The notes beneath the pieces are model-generated. The model saw nothing but the letters and a program-made list of their open reading frames with translations. It did not search any database and was not told where the DNA came from. Of a stretch of DNA of 64,000 nucleotides, positions 59,080 through 64,000 are shown in pieces. The translations under genes were made by a program, and so were the position numbers. This DNA comes from Opitutales bacterium (GTDB lineage: Bacteria; Verrucomicrobiota; Verrucomicrobiia; Opitutales; JAFGAQ01). The stretch spans positions 23,432-87,431 of the forward strand of contig JAPXRV010000002.1 in the NCBI GenBank assembly GCA_033813415.1, in the 5' to 3' direction. Each line of letters opens with the position of its first letter. The first letter of the stretch is position 1.

Positions 59080-61001
59080 GCAGGGAAACGACGCTGTCCA
59101 GCTTGGCCATGCTGAAGGTGCGTGTGGACCAAGGGGGCGATTATCTGGAGTATCTCAGGCCTTTCATCCTCCATGTCCTGCCGAAGCTTCAGAATGGCGT
59201 CGTCACGGATGAAAGCGTCTCATTGGCCCTGCTCAACGAGTTCGGGCTCTCGATACCTCGCAGAACAACCCAGATCGTTCTCAAGCGGCTAACGAAGAAG
59301 GCCGGGCCTCTCCGCAAGGACAACAACACTTACGTCCTGGAAAAAGACATCTCGTCGGGCGATCTTGCCACTCGCCGGGCTGACGCATCCCGGCGCATCT
59401 CAGCAGTCGCCCATGCTCTGATTCGATTTGCAAAGGAGTTCCACGACAAAGACCTATCGGAAGACAGCGCTTTTGAGGCCCTGACTCTCTTCCTTTCAAG
59501 GTTTTCCGTCAGCTGCATTCGCTCCTACCTTCGCGGAACAGCTCTGCCCAACAATCTCACCGCGAAGGATGGAGATCTTCTGTTGGTCTGCCAATTTGTG
59601 AAACAGATCCAGTCGATATGTCCCGAACGTTTCGAGGATTTCATCCTTCTCGTTCAAGGGCACATGCTCGCCAATGCTCTGCTCTGTCCTGACCTCAAGT
59701 CTGTTTCCAAGACCTATGCAGGTGTTTCGTTTTTCCTCGATACGCCTCTGCTACTTCAGGTTTTGGGGCTTGAAGGCGAAACGAAGGAACAATCTGTAAA
59801 GGAGTTGATTCGATTGCTTCAAAGCCTAAGTGGAACGGTTGGATATTTCATTCACACTTTCGATGAGTTGAGGAGTGTCATCCGGAAAACCTCAGATTAC
59901 ATCGACTCTACAGATGGACGCGGATCAATCGTTTACGAAGCCAGACGTTTAGGCAAATCCAGGTCAGACCTACTACTGGAGGCAGATAATGCCAAGGAAA
60001 GTCTGGATAGGCTGAAGCTCGTACCACATAACACCCCGCCTTACATTGCGAAATTCCAAATCGATGAAAGCGCGTTCGGGGATGAATTAGATGATTCAGT
60101 TTCGTACAACAATCCGAATGCTCGCCAGAATGATATAAACTCTGTGCGCAGTATCTACGTGCTTAGGCAAGGGACGATTCCACATTCCATCGAGTCTTCG
60201 AAGGCCATCTTTGTCACCAGCAACACCGGTTTCGCGAGAGCAGCTTTTGAATACGGAAGAAACTTCGAACAAACGCGGGAGGTCTCCGCTGTAATCTCTG
60301 ATTTCAGCTTGGCAAATACCGCTTGGCTAAAGGCTCCTCAGGGCGCACCGTCTCTTCCGAGAAAGGAGGTTCTGGCTTATTCATACGCAGCTCTTCGCCC
60401 CAGCGAGGAGTTTCTCAGGAAGACGCTTGTCGAAGCCGAAAAGCTCGAAAGGGAAGGCAAGATCTCTGAGCGATCCCACCAGATGCTCCGAAGCAATCAC
60501 ATCATCCAAGAAGATCTGCTGTCTCATACTCTTGGAGAGGAAGATGCGCTCACGGAGCGGTCAATCACTGCAGTTTTAGAAAAAGCTGAGGCGGAGATAA
60601 AAAAGGAGGAGTCGGCGAAACTCCGACAAGAGAAGGCGGCTCGCACACGAGCTGAAACAGATCTGCAGGAAGAAAGAACAAAAAGAGAGGAAATATCTCG
60701 TCGAATCTATTGGGATTGCGATACGCAAGCAAAGAGGTGGTCAGATATTGGGGCCGGAACATTGGTCTTTTTCGTCTTGGCGGGTGCCGTTTGCGGATTA
60801 CTCAAGCTTCCTGATAACCTGTTGGCGGGAGTGGTTATTCTTTCTGTCCCTCTGGTCTTTGCTGTTCTGACCGTTTGTAACCTCATCTGGGGAACCACAG
60901 TAAAGCAGTTGAGGGACAATGCCCAAGTGAATCTTAGGCAAAGATTTCTTAAGAGGGAGTCGCAGAGGCTGGGAATTGAATTTGAGAATCTTGCAGAATA
61001 A
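59076..61001 (+). CDS. unknown 641-aa protein: winged-helix-like N-terminus, PIN-like central region, coiled coil, C-terminal two-TM hairpin (defence-locus cargo)
   Basis: ATGA overlap with the hsdS stop (59076-59079). wHTH-like stretch: GLSIPRRTTQIVLKRLTKKAGPLRKDNNTYVL. PIN-like landmarks: FFLDTPLLLQVLG, HTFDELRSVI, QNDINSV, IFVTSNTGF. Hydrophobic helices at aa 558-578 and 582-606 (nt 60747-60893). I do not recognise the family. Confidence 0.7.
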   Translation: MSRETTLSSLAMLKVRVDQGGDYLEYLRPFILHVLPKLQNGVVTDESVSLALLNEFGLSIPRRTTQIVLKRLTKKAGPLRKDNNTYVLEKDISSGDLATRRADASRRISAVAHALIRFAKEFHDKDLSEDSAFEALTLFLSRFSVSCIRSYLRGTALPNNLTAKDGDLLLVCQFVKQIQSICPERFEDFILLVQGHMLANALLCPDLKSVSKTYAGVSFFLDTPLLLQVLGLEGETKEQSVKELIRLLQSLSGTVGYFIHTFDELRSVIRKTSDYIDSTDGRGSIVYEARRLGKSRSDLLLEADNAKESLDRLKLVPHNTPPYIAKFQIDESAFGDELDDSVSYNNPNARQNDINSVRSIYVLRQGTIPHSIESSKAIFVTSNTGFARAAFEYGRNFEQTREVSAVISDFSLANTAWLKAPQGAPSLPRKEVLAYSYAALRPSEEFLRKTLVEAEKLEREGKISERSHQMLRSNHIIQEDLLSHTLGEEDALTERSITAVLEKAEAEIKKEESAKLRQEKAARTRAETDLQEERTKREEISRRIYWDCDTQAKRWSDIGAGTLVFFVLAGAVCGLLKLPDNLLAGVVILSVPLVFAVLTVCNLIWGTTVKQLRDNAQVNLRQRFLKRESQRLGIEFENLAE

Positions 61002-61798
61002 TGAACCTCTCCTGCACTAAAACTGAGTATGAGGACAACCACGCCTGCGTGTCGTGGCGTGGTCACTCGTTCTCGGTAGGCAGTGAGTTCGACGGATTTC
61101 TGAAGGGAAGCGTTCGCTCGCGACTGGACGATGAGGAGGGTTCGGACGATTTCCGCAGCCATGTGAGAGGATTGGAACTGACTGGGATGGGGAAGACCAC
61201 ACTGGAGGCGGTGCTGGCAGCCGAAGCCCCCGAGGAACGGGATTGGGCCGCTGGCGAGGCTTTGGCCGAAGCATTCTTGATGGAGACCCATGGGATCGCC
61301 TTCCCCTGGAACATGGAGCGCGATAAGCGCAATCCGTTTGGATCCCTGCCGGGTGCTGATCTAGTAGGCTTCCTCTCCGAAGGCGATGGCTACCGGCTGG
61401 CGCTTGGCGAGGTCAAAACATCCTCCGAGGAAGCCTATCCGCCGCAGGTCATGTCGGGCAGGTCGGGACACATGGGTCATCAGATTGACACGCTCGGGAG
61501 TGACTTGACGACCCTATGCCAGCTTCTCAAATGGTTGCACCCGCGCACTAAAGGTGGGCAGTTTGAGGATGCGTTTGACAGGTCCTGTGTTGCATACTTC
61601 AATTCGGGCCGAAAGGCGATAGCGCTTTTTGGCGTGCTCATCCGTGACACGCAACCGAACGCTCGGGACCTCTCCGCCAGGGGATCAGCCTTGCGGAATC
61701 GGCTCGCTGCGCCGACGCAGTGCGACCTCATCGCCCTTTACCTTCCCTGGAAATCGGACCAACTAATCCCCGCGATCCGGCAAGGAGGTGACGCATGA
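61001..61798 (+). CDS. PD-(D/E)xK-type nuclease-like protein, HamA/DUF1837-like candidate
   Basis: 265 aa. The start shares base 61001 with the upstream stop (TAATG). The core reads PGAD120LVGFLSEGDGYRLALGE137VK139TSS, a D...ExK arrangement. It is ATGA-coupled to the downstream helicase. Confidence 0.6.
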   Translation: MNLSCTKTEYEDNHACVSWRGHSFSVGSEFDGFLKGSVRSRLDDEEGSDDFRSHVRGLELTGMGKTTLEAVLAAEAPEERDWAAGEALAEAFLMETHGIAFPWNMERDKRNPFGSLPGADLVGFLSEGDGYRLALGEVKTSSEEAYPPQVMSGRSGHMGHQIDTLGSDLTTLCQLLKWLHPRTKGGQFEDAFDRSCVAYFNSGRKAIALFGVLIRDTQPNARDLSARGSALRNRLAAPTQCDLIALYLPWKSDQLIPAIRQGGDA

Positions 61799-64000
61799 GC
61801 CACTGGTTGCTGGATGGAATCGCGGAGCGCCGCCGCGCGGCCTTGAAGGCTGCGGACAAGGCGCAGGTTTACCGTGAGCTGCTGTCTACCGAGGCGGAGA
61901 CAGACTATGATCTGATCCGGAATGTCGCCGACGCGTTGGAGCTGGCCTCGCTCGACCTCATCTTGGAACGCTTTGAAGAGGACGAGGAGAAAGAGAAGCT
62001 TTTCCGCGCCGCTGCGCGTGATGCTTTCCGCCTTTCCAAGAGTCTGCCAGCGGCGGATATCCCCCTCCAAGAAGGCATGGCGCTGCTGCGGGCATCCTGT
62101 CTGGCAGTGCTCGGGGATCGGGGCTCTGATGCCGCTCGTTGGCTTCGCGCCTTGGAAGACTCCGGGACCTGGCCAGAACTGCCCTTTGAATCGGAAAACT
62201 GGGGCGAGCGAACCTGGGCGACCATCATCGACGTGTGGCTTCGTTTGATTCGGAAACGGGGTTGGACTGACCGTGACCTGGTGCTGCAACGCATCGCGAG
62301 TTTGCGCGAAAGCCAGAGTGAATTCGAGAAGACCTACCTGGACGGCATCCCGGCCCAATCCGCAAAAGCGACGGCCCTTGAACTTATCGGGCTCTACCAT
62401 TTGGCCAAAGCGGCGGATATTCTTGCGCACTTCATCACGGATGGAGTCGTGGAAGGGAACCATCAGGTGCAGCAGCTCCTCGACACCCATTTCGACCGGG
62501 CATTGGCGGCTTGCGAACCAGCCCGCTTGATTGAGCTGGAGCCCATGACGCGTCTATTGGCGGCTGCCTCGGCGCAACTGGTCAACAATTCGATCTGGAC
62601 GGTGACCCGGGCGGTGAACTCACGAGTGACTCAGTTTGTGCGGACGCTCGTATCTCGTGGACGTGGGGACAAAGCGATCTTCGATGTTCTACCGCCGCAA
62701 CGCCGAACTCTCGCTGAAAAGGGACTCTTGGGCTCAAGCCGCCGTGCAGTGGTGGTCAGTTTGCCAACATCTAGCGGCAAGACGCTGATTGCGCAGTTCC
62801 GCATTTTGCAGGCACTGAATCAGTTTGATGACCCGGGCAGTGAAGGCTGGGTCGCTTACCTCGCTCCCACCCGGGCATTGGTCAATCAGGTGACGAGGCA
62901 ATTGCGCAGGGACTTTAAGCCATTGGGCATCGTGGTCGAGCGGGTGAGCCCCGCACTCGAAGTTGATGGCGTGGAAATGGAATTGCTGACAGAAACAGAA
63001 ACGGACTCCAAGTTTCGCGTTCTGGTGACCACTCCGGAGAAACTCGATCTCATGCTCCGGCAAGGATGGGAGAGCAAGATTGGCAGGCCGCTGACGCTGG
63101 TTATTGTCGACGAAGCCCATAATTTGGCCAGTTCGCGCCGAGGCCTGAAACTCGAACTACTCCTCGCCAACATCAACAAGGAGTGCGAATACGCGCAGTT
63201 TCTCCTGCTCACGCCTTTTGTTTCCAATGCGCGTGAAGTAGCCAGATGGCTTGGCGGACAGAATTCTGACGACATTAGCCTCGCCCTCGATTGGCAGCCC
63301 AATGACCGTACAATCGGAATCGTGCAAGCAGTTCAGGGTGACCCGCTGAATGGGCGCAGCTATGACTATTCTTTGGAGTTCGAAAGTGTCCACACGACCC
63401 GGAAGACCATTGCCCTCGATGATCGGGTTCCTTTCCCGAAGACCGAGGAAATAGCACCGACTTTTTCCAAGGCAAAGAATCAAGGCACAATAGCAGCGGT
63501 CGCGGCACAGTATCTGAAACAGCGTGGCCCCGTCATTCTCATGCACGCGAGGCCGGATTGGGTTTGGTCCTTGGCAGACCAGCTCAAGATCGTCTCGAAT
63601 CGGAAAATTGCTGTTCACGCAGACATTGCTTTTGTGCAGCGATATCTGGCGCTCGAATTGGGAGAAGCATTTCCCCTCATCGAGTTATTGTCGTTTGGCA
63701 TCGGAATCCATCATTCGGGATTGCCCGAGGAGGTTAGGGTTTTGGTCGAGTGGTTATTCGAGTCCTCGCACCTCGACTTTCTGGTTGCTACGACGACCAT
63801 CGCTCAAGGTATCAATTTTCCCGTCAGTGGTGTAGTGATGGCATCCCACCAGTATTTCAGCGCGAGGGGCGCAGAAGACATGCCACCGGAAGACTTCTGG
63901 AATATCGCGGGTAGAGCAGGGAGAATATCTCAGGGCCAACTCGGAATAGTCGCTTTGGCCGCCGACAGTCACGAAAAGGCCAGTGCTTTGCGGACCTACA
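61795..64000 (+). CDS. Ski2/Hel308-like DExH-box SF2 helicase with ~320-aa N-terminal extension (partial, runs off window end); HamB-like candidate
   Basis: Own translation: ATG at 61795, open for 735 codons to 64000. It is not in the track because no stop is reached. Motifs: PTSSGKT (62764-62784), TTPEK, VIVDEAH (DEAH 63109-63120), LLLTPF, IGIHHSGL, VATTTIAQGINFP, NIAGRAGR (63907-63924). Confidence 0.85.
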   Translation, partial: MSHWLLDGIAERRRAALKAADKAQVYRELLSTEAETDYDLIRNVADALELASLDLILERFEEDEEKEKLFRAAARDAFRLSKSLPAADIPLQEGMALLRASCLAVLGDRGSDAARWLRALEDSGTWPELPFESENWGERTWATIIDVWLRLIRKRGWTDRDLVLQRIASLRESQSEFEKTYLDGIPAQSAKATALELIGLYHLAKAADILAHFITDGVVEGNHQVQQLLDTHFDRALAACEPARLIELEPMTRLLAAASAQLVNNSIWTVTRAVNSRVTQFVRTLVSRGRGDKAIFDVLPPQRRTLAEKGLLGSSRRAVVVSLPTSSGKTLIAQFRILQALNQFDDPGSEGWVAYLAPTRALVNQVTRQLRRDFKPLGIVVERVSPALEVDGVEMELLTETETDSKFRVLVTTPEKLDLMLRQGWESKIGRPLTLVIVDEAHNLASSRRGLKLELLLANINKECEYAQFLLLTPFVSNAREVARWLGGQNSDDISLALDWQPNDRTIGIVQAVQGDPLNGRSYDYSLEFESVHTTRKTIALDDRVPFPKTEEIAPTFSKAKNQGTIAAVAAQYLKQRGPVILMHARPDWVWSLADQLKIVSNRKIAVHADIAFVQRYLALELGEAFPLIELLSFGIGIHHSGLPEEVRVLVEWLFESSHLDFLVATTTIAQGINFPVSGVVMASHQYFSARGAEDMPPEDFWNIAGRAGRISQGQLGIVALAADSHEKASALRTY

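Noticed and set aside
61738-62490. 250-aa minus-strand ORF over the helicase N-terminal region
   Set aside because: The plus-strand frame is open from 61795 to the window end and runs into a complete SF2 motif set. The antisense ORF is Arg/Pro/Gln-rich with no motif.
61795-64000. The helicase being HsdR itself
   Set aside because: It has no N-terminal D...ExK nuclease motif. Its motif flavour (DEAH followed by RG..LE, HHSGL, TTIAQGINFP) is Ski2/Hel308-like rather than HsdR-like. The rejection is tentative because the C-terminus is missing and no HMM search could be run.
1-64000. CRISPR arrays, IS elements, integrases, prophage genes, rRNA/tRNA genes
   Set aside because: Reading both strands and all intergenic regions longer than 80 nt, I found no spaced identical repeats, transposase or integrase motifs, or RNA gene signatures. 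This was not a computational scan, so short or degenerate elements could have been missed.

Overview
This is a 64-kb, densely coding chromosomal window from a Gram-negative bacterium. The gene content (long-form IspG, sigma-54, fasciclin, GH9, many Cys-lipobox lipoproteins) suggests a PVC/Verrucomicrobiota-like organism, but that is inference only. I recognised no rRNA, tRNA, CRISPR array, transposase or integrase by eye. Positions 1-56 kb are mostly housekeeping:
- a frameshifted AraC regulator;
- a sulfur-related trio (SsuA/NMT1-like binding protein, TonB-dependent receptor, cysH);
- a SMUG1-type UDG, an M48 protease, purH, an M20 amidohydrolase, a YdiJ-like FAD/Fe-S oxidase and a Cache histidine kinase;
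- the conserved uppS-cdsA-dxr-rseP-ispG block;
- a serine hydrolase, a small AT-richer islet with orphan ORFs, lpxH, an SDR/DUF2867 protein and a fasciclin protein;
- an unknown three-ORF cluster (first and third ORFs have signal peptides), a hemerythrin, and ppk1 with a co-operonic kinase-like unknown;
- tsaB, rpoN, two glycosyltransferases plus a GH9 enzyme, and a split, order-swapped pta;
- a 7TM HisKA protein lacking an ATPase domain, and an aminotransferase with an Lrp regulator.
The last 8 kb (56.2-64.0 kb) is a defence locus. It starts with hsdM-hsdS. With overlapping stop/start codons at every junction, these are followed by three more genes: an unrecognisable 641-aa protein (winged-helix-like, PIN-like, two TM helices), a 265-aa PD-(D/E)xK nuclease, and a Ski2/Hel308-like DExH helicase that runs off the window. 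No hsdR is present in the window. This trio is my best candidate for an undescribed system, or at least an unclassified Hachiman-related one. All calls come from reading the translations and the DNA; no database search or computation was possible.
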